Shown piece after piece: positions 27,730-40,150 of a stretch of 64,000 nt of DNA (position 1 is its first letter; the number at the start of each line of letters is the position of its first letter). Source of the DNA: Octopus vulgaris (Eukaryota); assembly GCA_951406725.2 (NCBI GenBank), contig OX597826.1, forward strand, positions 30,256,001 through 30,320,000. Reading direction: 5' to 3'. Below the pieces are notes generated by a model. The model was not told where the DNA came from. It saw nothing but the letters and a program-made list of their open reading frames with translations, and did no database searches. Both the position numbers and the translations under genes were made by a program.

Positions 27730-27870
27730 ATATATATATATATACATTTACATATATATATATATATACATGTATATGTATATATATATGTATATATTTA
27801 TGAATGTATGTATATCTATATCTATATATATTTGTATGTATGTATTTATGTATATATATATATATATATA
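27558..27870. repeat. (TA)n array with periodic CATGTATG interruptions
   Basis: Seen directly. Confidence 0.95.
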
Positions 27871-28744
27871 TTTAAAGAATGCACACACATGTACACACGT
27901 AAACATACACATATATACACATATATACATATACACACATCAATAAAATGTGTCAACATATGACCTCATTAATTACTTCTTACGTCCAAAATTTTATTGA
28001 TTCATGTCACAATGTTTGTGGTTTAATGGTTTAATATGTGTGTTATTCAAGTGGACATTGACAGCAATGAATTCTGAATAGTATATATGTGTTTGTTTGT
28101 GTGTGTGTATGCGTATGTATGTATGTATGTATGTATGTATGTATGTATGTATGTATGTATGTATGTATGAATGTATGTATGTATGTGTCCGTGTCAGCTT
28201 GATGTGTGGACAATCAGCACAATACAATTTTCAGGTAAACCTTTGTTGAAATAAAATATTGAAGTCTTTAAGTAGATAGGAATACACAACTTTTCAGGAC
28301 AGCATAATATACAAGTGTATGAATGTGTCAGTGAAGTAAATACAGAGAACGGCGAAGTGATTCGTAGCAAGACAAGAAATCAATTCGTTTCGTTGTGTCT
28401 GTATGTATACAGTTTGAAAGTTAGTACTAAGAATCTCATCAATTCGTTCATATTTATTCACTATATTATATAGTATTGAAATATTAACGACTGTAGCCTC
28501 CGCGTTTCTCGTCCCAATGTATGTGAGTATATACATTTAAAAGCTGACATGCAGACAAATGGTCACACACGCACACATATATATATGTATGTATATATGT
28601 ATACGTGTGTGTTTATTTGTATGTATGTATATATGATTGTCTATGAAGAAAGAGAAACGGGTGAATTCATAAATATATATCAATATATGATATGCATATT
28701 TATATGTATATACATACACATACACGCATATACGCATCCTCCCC

Positions 28745-28807
<63 letters not shown>

Positions 28808-28808
<1 letters not shown>

Positions 28809-29940
28809 CGGGAAGCTTTATGAAAATAAACAAAAGACGAAGGCGGGTGGAATACAAATAAACAATTGTATTAGTATGGCGCTCAGGAATATAAATAAAA
28901 CAAGTCCTTTACGTTTCGAGCCTACGCTCTTCAACAGAAAGATACACAGAAAAGAAACACGGAGAGAAACAAGGAGAGAAAAAAATGCGTGCAGAAGCTA
29001 GCGAATCAACATGGCGATCTGATTCCGGCCAGAAGTCAAAGATCAAACGTGAGACGCAAGAGCGAAAATAGGGGAGATAACAGGGTCAAATGACCACGCC
29101 ACAACATAAGGGTGTGTGTATGTATGAGAGAGTATGTAGTGCGTATGAGAGGTCTGGACGTGTGTATGCATGTATGATGTGATGTGTAATGTCGTATGGT
29201 GTAGTGTAGAGGAGATGAGGGGAGGAGAGGGGGAGATAAGGGGGAGGAGGGGGGTAAGGTGGATAGATGAGGGGAAGAGAGGGGAGGGGGAGAGTGAGAG
29301 AGAGGAAGAGGGGGAAGGGAAGGAGGAGAGGAAGAGGAGGGGAAAAGGAAAGAAGGAGGGGGGTGAGGGTGAGATGAGATGAGGGGGGGGAGGGGGGAGA
29401 ATGAAAGAGGAGAAGAGGAGGGAGGAGGAGGGGAAGGGGGAGAAGGACGGAGAGGAGAAGAGGAGGGAGGAGAGAGAGGGGGGAGAGAGAAGTGGAGTGA
29501 GGGAGCAGAGAGAAAGAGGGAAGGGGAAGAGGGAAGAAGAAAGAGGGAAGAAGGGAAGAGGAGGGAAAGAGAGTAGGGGTGAAAGGATGAAGGACTGAAG
29601 AGAAGTAGGGGTCGGGGGGAGGTTAGATGAGGAGGGGGAGAGTTGAGACCAAATGGCGTAAAAGAGCGAAGAGAGAAGATTAATTCCTGTTCACGGCGCA
29701 AACGGGAATCCGGATGGCCTCTGTGCAAGGACAAACCGAACACAGACAGGTGTTGCAAGGAATGACCGGTGGAGCGGAAATGGCGTGAGACCGGTGTGTC
29801 GTTGGCAAGGCGGATGTCACGGAGGTGTTCCGCGAACCGGTCAGCCAAGCAGCGTCCCGTTTATTCGATGTACAGGGAATGGCAGAGAGAGCAAGAGATG
29901 CAATAGATGATATTGCTGGAGGTGCAGGTGAAGGAGTTGA
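28808..29940 (-). mobile_element. 5'-truncated Penelope-like retroelement (GIY-YIG endonuclease, Neptune-type) with 3' terminus at (TA)n
   Basis: 29938-29640 reads NSFTCTSSNIIYCISCSLCHSLYIE*TGRCLADRFAEHLRDI...PVSRHF...HS...RLRREQELIFSLRSFTPFGLN (stop at 29861-29863); then a polypyrimidine tract and an HHR-bearing terminal segment. Confidence 0.9.
28905..28942 (-). ncRNA. Minimal hammerhead motif in the PLE terminal repeat
   Basis: UCUUU-CUGUUGA-A-GAGC guag GCUC-GAAAC-GUA-AAGGA; A6U core variant. Confidence 0.7.
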
Positions 29941-30070
29941 TACATACATAGATACACAGACACACGCACACGCACAGACAACTATATATATATACAGAGT
30001 GGGAGAGAGCGAGAGAAAGAGCAAGAGAGAGAGAGAGAGTGGGAAAGGTTGATATATTGTTTCATTAATG

Positions 30071-30117
<47 letters not shown>

Positions 30118-30410
30118 GTATATAGATCGATAGAAAGGTAAACATCCATACATCTGCGCACGCGTGCGCATGTACTGAATCACCTTTTATCCTATAAACA
30201 GTTTTAGAAGGCCTCCACCCCGTTATAAATATATCATAGTTTCTCTTGCTTATATCGTTACACTCTACAGAATTGTTGCATGACCCGAGTAACTATCAAA
30301 CCACTTTCAATATATAAACAACAGACACAGATTTCTCTAGACGTTATTAATTTCATTAGAAGAGCTAAAAGTCGGTTAATTACAGTAAATGTTTTACGAT
30401 ACACATTTGT

Positions 30411-30417
30411 CTGTCTG

Positions 30418-30488
<71 letters not shown>

Positions 30489-30489
30489 G

Positions 30490-30554
<65 letters not shown>

Positions 30555-30690
30555 TTACCTACACACCTATCTATCAATTTATCTGTCTATCTATCTGTGT
30601 GTTTACCTAGCTACCTACTTACCTATTTATCTATCTATTTACCTACCTACCTGCCTGCCTACGTACCTACCTAGCTATCTATCTATCTAT
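30411..30690. repeat. (TCTA)n/(CCTA)n microsatellite
   Basis: Seen directly. Confidence 0.95.
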
Positions 30691-30891
30691 TTACCTATTA
30701 ATATATGCACATATATACATAAATATGTGTGTACACATATAAATATACACCCCCTCCCCCCCACACATATATATATATATAATATGTGACAATTATTCAG
30801 TAGCCTGTCATATATTACATTTACAGTTAAATTCTTCTATTTACATAATATCGAGGTCTCTTTCTTTCTTTTGTTGTCTTACCATTTTTAT

Positions 30892-30941
<50 letters not shown>

Positions 30942-31197
30942 AGCATACTTAGATATGCACTTGTGTATATGTACATGTATGTATCTATGAGTGTTGTTCG
31001 ATGTAATCAAGGATGCAGCATCGACACGATGTTGACTCCGCCTGCAAACTAAATATATGCTTCAATGACACCAACCACTCTCCGAACTCTTTTCGTTTTC
31101 AGTTAACATTTGTAATCTTTATCTTCTCTTAGTTTGAGGCGTTCAGAGCCTTTGATGATTCGAGTGTGTGGTATTTATAATTGATATATATAAATAT

Positions 31198-31290
31198 ATA
31201 CTTTATTTAAAGCAGCAGAAAATTCAACAAAATTTGTTACTCTGAGTTTCCCGTTGCCGTTCATCGGACAGTTTTTGCTAGAATAATATA
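31198..31290 (-). mobile_element. Short PLE-like terminal fragment with HHR-like motif between TA runs
   Basis: UGU-CCGAUGA-A CG GCAA CG G-GAAACUC A GAGUA-ACA (31232-31273); a second, 5'-truncated copy on plus at 36707-36772. Confidence 0.6.
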
Positions 31291-31319
31291 TATAATTGAT
31301 GTGTGTATGTGTGTAAAAA

Positions 31320-31612
31320 CTCTCCTTTGGTCACCTCCAAGGCATAAGTCGAGGCAAGGTTTTTTATTGAAGACCAACAGTTATGATGCACACCAGCCTC
31401 TGCTCTCCACACCACCGATGTTATCCAAGGGAAAGACAAAGGGCCGATACAGCTTGGCACCAGTGACGTCACAACTCATTTCAACAGCTGAGCGAACTGG
31501 AACAATGTGAAATAAAGTGTATTGCTCAAGAACGCAAGACACAACCCGGTTCGGGAATTCGAACTCACAACATCACGATTATAGGCCCGACGCCATAACC
31601 ACTGAGATGCCT
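31320..31612 (-). mobile_element. SINE family C variant
   Basis: Minus strand CTCAGTGGTTATGGCGTCGG...GAGTTCGAATTCCCG; central part like 4340-4480. Confidence 0.75.
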
Positions 31613-31670
31613 ATATTCATACATACACGCACACACACACACACACACACATAGATATACATGTTTATAT

Positions 31671-31701
<31 letters not shown>

Positions 31702-32699
31702 ACTTATAATGTATAAATACATATATATGTTTATACAATATGTAAATACATATACATATATTTACATTATGTGTGTGTTTGTGTGATATTATAAGAAAAT
31801 TGTTTCATGCTACGTGATCTAAGCAAGTTAATAATTATCTCTGAAACAGCCTCTTCTTTCTTGTCAAAGGAATTCCACTGATAAATCAAACACAGTATCT
31901 GAGATAAAATGATTACAAATCCGAACGAAAATCTTGATTCAAAAACAAAGAACACAAAAACGTTTTGAATTGAGTGTCAGTTCAAATGTTGATTTTATTT
32001 AAATATTCTCACATCCGTTGCTAGGTTGTCTGAACATCCTAGAAACCCTATGCCCCTTGACCTTTGTCCATTCACGATGCAGTTGTAATTCAGGCCTTTA
32101 TCTTCAATGCGGTGCAAAATGGAAAAAAATTGACAATTTGAAATGATACGCTGTCTGTGCAACCACATTCAGTTCATTGTTCCTAAGTTTCTTGTCAGTT
32201 GGCAGCGCGTGAAGAATCTATTTTGCGATTCTTTTCTATGACATTTTAATTACATGTACGTAGTCCCGGAGTTGTGACCTGTCAATACCAAAAATTTAGT
32301 TTGACTCGGAGACATACCCTTATCTCCGAGCTACATACCTTTTCAAGTAACGTTACACTAGTGATCCTTCGGAGAAACCCTATTTTGATTGCTTGTATTC
32401 GCGATACCCAACCATTGATGACTATAGGTAACGATAGGAACCAAAACCGAATTGAAGGTTGCAAATTGGGCTTCTACCAATTTCTCCTCTTTCGAGGATC
32501 GAACGTTGGATCTGGTGCATTACTGTGACCGTTCCTGCATTTCTAGTGTCCAGTTCTGAACCGTGGTTCATTTGATCTTGATCTTCGTTGTTGCGAAAGC
32601 GAGATCCATCGATGCTCGTCAGTTGGTGAATATATCTAAGCAAATGAAATAGAATATTTTACAGTTTCAGACTCTGCTGCAGTGATCTAATAACCAGTT

Positions 32700-33110
32700 C
32701 TATCTTTTATGTTTGGTTTCAGTCATTGAAGTATTTTGTCGAACAAATCAACCTCGGTATTTAGGTATTTTTGTGAGTGTGTGGTACCTATTCTATCATA
32801 CACGTTTTACTAAACTGCTGAATTACAAGAACGTAAACAAACCGATGCCGCTTGTCAAACGGTTGGTGTTAGTGGTGGTGGTGGGACAAACAAGCATGCA
32901 AATACATACAGAAGGTTACTCACACACACACACAGACACACATATACGATGGTCTTCCACGGTGTTTCTACTAAATTTATTGGAAAGATATTTGTCATCC
33001 ACAACTATAGGAGAAAACCCTCGTCCAAGGTAATTTGTAGTAGGACTGAACGCGGAACCACGTAGTTGCATGTCAAGCTCTTTAACCACCACAGACTTGC
33101 AAGCGCCTAC
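32700..33110 (-). mobile_element. SINE family B, diverged full-length
   Basis: Colinear with the reverse complement of 21856-22265. Confidence 0.7.
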
Positions 33111-33845
33111 ATGCATAGGATCATCACACAGGTAAAATATATTTGGTGTGTAAATGTAGTATATCCAGTAAGTCGGTTCCCATTTTGCTCCTATAAATTC
33201 TACATATTAGGCATGGATTAAAATATTCAGGATAATCTTAGTTTTGGATTTACTCAAAACACATCGAGGGAGTTCCATGTCAGAGATTAGTGTGTTATTT
33301 ATATATTTAGAAAATTCAGCTTCTTTCCAATTTGCCCAGAAGTTGTTTGTATAGATAACAAAATGTTTAAAATGTTTAAGAATATATTGTTATCCACAAA
33401 AATCTTCGTTTTAGAATATTAGGAAAATCAAATGGAAGTAAAAATTACTAGATATAATTATACAATCTGGATAATTTAAGATAAGAATTAATTGAAGGAT
33501 TAGATTATAAAGTATTAAGTATGCTAGCAATAAACGCTTATTCAAATTTTTGTTATTTTAAATTTGTTTGAAATTGTCGATCTTATAAAAATGAAATAAA
33601 AATATAGATTTAGCATTTTCTTAAATATCAGCATGGCTGTGTGTAGGCGCAGCAAGACAATGTAATAAGTTTGTTTCACAAACACATTGTTCTGGGTTCA
33701 ATTCCAATGCATCGCACGTTAAACCTTATTCGCAGACCGCCTAATGTCTTGTGAGTGGATCTAGTAGACGGAAACTAAAAGGGGCAAAGTTGACCTCGGC
33801 GGAATTTGAACTCAGAACGTAAAGACATGTCCCGATGCAGTGTAC

Positions 33846-34394
33846 GCCCTGATGCAGTACCAGGCAGTGGTTCTCATGGCTTCTGATCTTAAATGATTGA
33901 AAGTGTTATCCTGCACATTGTTTTGTCTTGGTATAAAAGATGGTATAACAAATATTCTGCTCAATACCACAGATTTGCTTGTCAGTTGTTTGACCTTAAC
34001 CAGTTGAGCATGTCCTTTAGTGGCTGACGATATGTGCATCTCTGATCACGAGCAGAAGTGGTGGGGGAGCATCATAGCCATGTGTTGAGAGGGATTCTTT
34101 GGGGTTTGAATAATTCACCTCTGGAAACATGGGTGGTTCTTTCAACATCCTTAAACAACCCTTATTCAGGGACCTTTTGAGTGGGATGGGCTACTCGACC
34201 TGAAGAAAAATCTAACTGGGCCCCACCTGCAAGGTCATGCGATGTTTATCTTGCTATGAGATTACCATGTCACGCACATATGGTTGTGATGCATGTGCTT
34301 AGTGTACCCTTATCAGACGGGTAGTCATGATGAGTATACTGGGCTTCGTATTACCCCAGTATCAATTTGATGGCATGCACCGCTCTCTCATTAA

Positions 34395-34454
<60 letters not shown>

Positions 34455-34762
34455 GTAATAATAATAGTGATGATGATGATGATGATGATAAAGGCCCTGA
34501 TGCAGTACCAGGCAATGTGGAGCATGATAGCCATGTGTTGAGAGGAATTCTTTTGCGTTTGAATAATCCACCTCTGGAAACATAACTATTTCGTTCAACA
34601 TGCTTAAGGAACTCTGAATCGGGAATTTTTTGAGTGGGATCGGCAACTCAACCTGAAGAAAATTATCAGACGGTTAGTCATGATGTATATATTGGGCTTC
34701 GTATATTTGTACCCTAGTGTCACTTTGATGGCATGCCTGCTCTCTCATTCAATAATAATAAT
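33846..34762. mobile_element. Two tandem copies of an unclassified (TAA)n-associated interspersed repeat
   Basis: Both start GCCCTGATGCAGTACCAGGCA (33846, 34494) and end TTTGATGGCATGC...CTCTCTCATT followed by (AAT)n; the second has two internal deletions. Confidence 0.75.
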
Positions 34763-35140
34763 CTTTTCTACTCTAGGCACAAGGACCGAAATTTGGGGGT
34801 AGGGGGTCAGTCGATTAGATCGACCCAGTACGCAAATGGTACTTAATTATCGACCCCGAAAGGATGAAAGGCAAAGTCGACCTCGGCGGAATTTGAACTC
34901 AGAACGTAGCGGCAAACGAAATACCTAATTCTTTACTACCCACAAGGGGCTAAACACAGAGGGGACAAACAAGGACAGACAAACGGATTAAGTCGATTAT
35001 ATCGACCCCAGTGCGTAACTGGTACTTAATCTATCGACCTCAAAAGGATGAAAGGCAAAGTCGACCTCGGCGGAATTTGAACTCACAACGTAACGGCAAA
35101 CGAAATACTGGTAGCATTTCTGCCAGCTCGCCGCCTTCAC
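34763..35140 (-). mobile_element. SINE family A, dimeric form
   Basis: Reverse complement of the arrangement at 5625-6032. Confidence 0.85.
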
Positions 35141-35142
35141 TC

Positions 35143-35340
<198 letters not shown>

Positions 35341-36313
35341 AATCCATTCTACTATATATACAAGGTCTGAAATTTATGCGTGCGGAGACCTCACTGTTTC
35401 ACTGGTACTTACTTTATCGATCCCAAAAGGATGAAATATAAAATGGACGTCGGCGGAATTTGAACTCAGAACGTAAAGACGGATGAAATACCGCTAAGAG
35501 TGTTGCTCAGCGTGATAACAATCCTGCCTGCTGAAAGTATCCATTAAATACGATGAAGAATTTTGTCTAAAAGTTTTTGCAAAATATAGACATATAAAAG
35601 CATGTGGGTATGGAGATGAAACGTAAAGAAAAGAGAAAAATCTGAAAGAAGAGGAGCAGAGGAAGAAAGAAAACAACTAGGAAAATGAGGGCCCTTTTGT
35701 GTACAGCTAATCCAAGCCCCCTAAAAAAAAAAAAACTGAAGACAATAAAATAGATTTTACCTTAAAGAATTAGCACTTATTCTTGAGAACATATGTAGCA
35801 ATTGAGTGCGATGTGGTTAAGAGAGTGAGATTCAGTTAGCATTGAAAATTTGGTTTGGCAATGTTAGTGAAATGAATGCATCAATTAATCAACCGCTGAT
35901 GCGACTAAAAAAGCAGATTTTGCAAAAGAAATGTGTTAAGAAAATTTCACACGGACTGCTTGAAGGTTTAATGGGTTTAAAGGGCGAGAGAATATTGCGT
36001 GTAAATGCGTTCACGGTGAAGGAAGCTGCTAATATCTTTCTTCTCGGCTGAAGTGTAGATAAATAGTGAATGACTTACAAGTTGCTGTTGCATATTATCC
36101 TGCAAATATTTTCAAATACAGAACAGACGAATTATGATTGTATTGTTAAGATGTTAGCTTCCTGACCAAATATTTTAAGGATTCAATCCCACTACCCGAC
36201 TGTTAACAATGGGTCTCTCACTGGGGTACCATGGCTTAGAGTCAACCAATTCGTTGAATTTGGTTGACGGAAACTCTGGTAGTTTGTCCACTACACACAC
36301 ACACACACAAACA

Positions 36314-36400
<87 letters not shown>

Positions 36401-36411
36401 ACACGTGTATA

Positions 36412-36623
36412 CGAGGGGGTGCTGAAAAGTTCCTGGCTTTAAGGGTATCCCGAAAAGCATGGCTAGAGGCTCAGTCTTCCGAGTTCACGTACAGGACTTT
36501 AAAAAATTGGATGATTGCTGCAATAAGTGTTCGAATCTGAGTGGGGAATGCGTTGAATAAAATCTTAACTGATCCTCTTGTATTTTCTTTTCATCAAATC
36601 CAGGAACCCTTCAGCACCCTGCA
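36412..36623 (+). mobile_element. Mariner-derived MITE with TA TSD
   Basis: TA-CGAGGGGGTGCTGAAAAGTTCCTGG...CCAGGAACCCTTCAGCACCCTGCA-TA; internal LKKLDDCCNKCSNLSGECVE* resembles the mariner C-terminus; solitary TIR also at ~12385-12414. Confidence 0.8.
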
Positions 36624-36676
36624 TATACATCGTATACATATGATTGTAAGTGCATATGTATGCATGAATGTATGAG

Positions 36677-36711
<35 letters not shown>

Positions 36712-36770
36712 CGGCAACGGGAAACTCAGAGTAACAGGTTTTGTTGAATTTTCTGCTGCTTTAAATAAAG

Positions 36771-36831
<61 letters not shown>

Positions 36832-36839
<8 letters not shown>

Positions 36840-37166
36840 ATTAGGGCTTAGTAAAATAAATTACTTTGCCACATACTGAACTAAGTAGAAATAGCAGCCA
36901 AAAAGTTTTTTTAGCCGTTTCTACTACTTAAAGAAAATTTCTCTCAGATAATGTTTATCTGAGAGAAATTTTCTTTAAGTAGTAGAAACGGCTAAAAAAA
37001 CTTTTTTGGCTGCTATTTCTACTTAGTTCAGTATGTGGCAAAGTAATTTATTTTACTAAGCCCTAATTATATAATGTAATATTTTGAATTCGCCTTAAAT
37101 GGTCCTTTTACATACTGAACACTTGGTGAAATTGTTTGATTAATTAATTTTACCCTCAATTGTTGA
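36832..37166. mobile_element. Fold-back copy of the 17239-18164 family (120-bp hairpin plus terminus)
   Basis: 36832-36951 and 36955-37075 are reverse complements (one indel, 3-nt loop); continues to CCCTCAATTGTTGA at 37166 and then (TA)n, the same terminus as 18164. Confidence 0.9.
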
Positions 37167-37229
37167 TATATATATATGTGTGTGTGTGTATGAGAGTATT
37201 GTAGTTCGCTTGAACCATTGTATATTGTT

Positions 37230-37502
37230 TGTAAGGAATAAAATGTTTCGAATGGTACAACAATACACTATAATACAAACATCGGGCTATATACCTGTTG
37301 TAATTTAACCACCCGTAGTCTGATAATATTTCGGAATAAAATTCCTTCTTCAGATCTCCCTAGGAATTGACGGAGTCGCTGCTATAATCGGTTTTATTCC
37401 GAATATTATCAGACTATGGATGTTTAAATTACAACAGGTATATATAGCCCATTGTTTGTATTATAGTGCATTGTTGTGCAATTCGAAACATTCTATTCTT
37501 TA
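37230..37502. mobile_element. Inverted-repeat PLE-like fragment with HHR
   Basis: Arms ~37230-37341 and ~37393-37502; minus-strand GAU-CUGAAGA-A-GGAAU uuu AUUCC-GAAAU-AUU-AUC at 37322-37356. Confidence 0.75.
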
Positions 37503-37503
37503 T

Positions 37504-37539
<36 letters not shown>

Positions 37540-39023
37540 GTATATATATACATACTTATGTGTAATGTATATATATAAGTGAAGTCTGCTCACAACAACT
37601 TAGCCCAATGACTGAAACAATTGAAATTATAAAACAATATGTATTTGCCCAGAGTTTATCAATCTCCAAGAGTGTATATCAGTCATTTGTTGCAATAATA
37701 TGAAGTTAGAGAAAGCGAGAGATTTTACATAATAGAAAAATATAAATCTTAACACTTTTAAGGGTGCTAAATGCTTTCTTATTCACTAATGCTCCATTGG
37801 CAATGTATGGATGACGTCAGTTAAATTGAATAGCTGGTTACTTAAGTGGAATTTTGGAATTGAAAGAAAAAATTATTTTGTCAAATAATGATTTACGGCA
37901 ACACAGATGTAATTTCTAATTAAAGAATACCCAATTAATTTTCTTTCTTTCAAACACTACGTCGTTAATTCAGCCATGAAACCAAAGAATCATACAAGCC
38001 TTAAAGGCTTATTAAAGAAATTTGTTCATGAATTTCAACCGAATTCAATGATATTCAAAACTAATCAGATGTAAATAGAATTATTAAACGGATTTCCCTT
38101 TCTTGAGGCATTGCATATGTTAAGCAATTGCCCTGGGAGCAATTCTCAAAGAGAACTATTGCAAGTTGCTACAAAACAATACTAGTGTTAATGAAGAATT
38201 AGAGCTTATCTTATTATAAGTGAAATTCTTGGTAGAAGCCTAAGTGTGATGAGCAGAAAGAAGTATTTTTGAAAGAGGTTGACCATTGATGACGAAGTTG
38301 GAGAGGAAGATGCAACGGAAGTGTCGGAAATATGTTAAGGTGTTTCTGTTGATGTAAATTCTACATTAAAAGGACAAAGAAAGAAAATCATTAGAAGGCT
38401 TCCAACAGATCCTTCAACTGATCCTCTGTTGGGTGAAATTCTAAATATACTTCGTCACAGCATATAACATCGACCAACAGCATTTCAAAAGCGTTATGAA
38501 TAACAATTTATTAATAAACGACTAAATGTAAACAGAATAAAATCGCCAGTGGATTGACTGAATCTTTTATTTTGAAATTAAATAATTTTTTAACAGTTCT
38601 AATAAATCAAATTAATAATAATTTAAAATCAATAATTTTCAAAGTAATTTCTTTTTGTAATGCAGTTAGCAATGTTAGACATTTCATATATATGTATATA
38701 TATATATATACATGTATATATTTTTTATTATCTATGGAAGTATTATTTGTGCGAAAAAGCATTACATATATACAGCTGAAAGCCGCAAAACAGCCGTAGC
38801 TGTCTTTAAGCCTCCCGCCGAAGTAGATTTGCTAGACAAAAACTGTAAGAAATCCGTTGTTCAGTAGGTATATATAAATATATATATATATAAGCTACAG
38901 AAGCAATATTTCTTTGGAATAGCATTATGTATATACTGCTGAAAGCCGCAAAACAGCAGTATTTGTCTTAAAGCCTTCGACGATTTAGTGAACAAAAGCT
39001 GTAAGAAGTCCGTTGTATAGTAC

Positions 39024-39072
<49 letters not shown>

Positions 39073-39258
39073 TGTGTGCTTGCGTGCGTGTGTGTGTGTG
39101 TGATAAATATTTCTACAAACAGGAATAAGTCGATTAGTGTGTTTAAATGTTCAGGAGAGCATCGGTACAGTTTGGACTACCTGTTGTCATGCGCAGTTGG
39201 GGTACACTCCCGTTGGATTTACTTCAGGAACTCCGCAGTGACAGTTAGGGTAATAGTA

Positions 39259-39512
39259 TAAATTAATAGTAGGAGGTGGATTTGGTATTAGACTTTTATT
39301 AGGTGCAACATATGTTTCAAACCATCAGTCTCGGTCTCTTCAGGTACATTGAAGTCTCAAGTTAGGACATATAACAACAAACCAGCCAATAGCAAAAATC
39401 TCTGGTAAGACTTTTGTATGAATGTACCTGAGGAGACCCAGATTGGTGGCTCGAAACATGTGTTGTACCTAATGAAGGTCTAATACGATATCCTTCTACT
39501 ATTTATTAATAT
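39259..39512. mobile_element. Inverted-repeat pair, each arm carrying an HHR
   Basis: Plus: GUAC-CUGAGGA-GA..UC-GAAAC-AUGU-GUU-GUAC (39424-39468). Minus: GUAC-CUGAAGA...GAAAC-AUAU-GUU-GCAC (39303-39347). Confidence 0.8.
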
Positions 39513-39586
39513 TATATATGTAGTAACCACATGTGAATCGTTGGCGATTTTGTTCCTCGGTCTTCTATTTTAGTGGACTTTCCTCT

Positions 39587-39730
39587 GTTTCTAAAGAAGA
39601 GCGTTGCTCGAAACGTTAAACCATCTTCCTTTCCTTCCCTGGGTGTCTGCTAATACTTTACATGTACCACGTCTTCGCGTTGTTGTTTTTTGTGTTTGTT
39701 GTTCTTTTATGGCTTTACTGTACATCTTTA
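39587..39730 (+). mobile_element. PLE terminal fragment related to 28808-28942, with degenerate HHR, ending in (TA)n
   Basis: GUUU-CUAAAGA-A-GAGC guu GCUC-GAAAC-GUU-AAAC (39587-39621), then a CTAATAC...CGTCTT...TTGTT tail like the PLE end. Confidence 0.7.
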
Positions 39731-39814
39731 TATATATATATAAAGATATATATATATATACACACACATACATATATATATTCATCTGTCTATCTATCTA
39801 TCTATCTATCTATC

Positions 39815-39858
<44 letters not shown>

Positions 39859-39913
39859 GAAATTTACAGAAAAACAATAGTCGAAGACAAGTATATGTAC
39901 ACACACACACACC

Positions 39914-39963
<50 letters not shown>

Positions 39964-40021
39964 GTACTGATCTGTGATAGAAAGTTCAACAAAAATAGTA
40001 CTCCATCTGGTGAGAGATAAA

Positions 40022-40150
40022 TATTATTACTTAAAGGTCACAATGCATGTATTAAAGCGCTACTAAAAGTTTCATATGTTGAGAGAACTCAAACATGTGA
40101 AACTATAAGTAGCATTTAAAGACATGTATTATGACCTTTAAATAATAATA
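40022..40150. repeat. Imperfect ~60-bp-arm inverted repeat next to TA runs
   Basis: TTAAAGGTCACAATGCATGT...GCTACTAAAAGTTTCATATGTT versus AACATGTGAAACTATAAGTAGC...ACATGTATTATGACCTTTAA; contains only the GAAAC..GUA half of an HHR. Confidence 0.75.

Noticed and set aside
29036-29640. Pro/Ser/Leu-rich extension of the 270-aa ORF
   Set aside because: Read-through of a polypyrimidine tract; only the first ~70 aa are GIY-YIG endonuclease.
37900-38500. Possible decayed transposase-like coding region
   Set aside because: Multiple stops and no motif I can assign with confidence.
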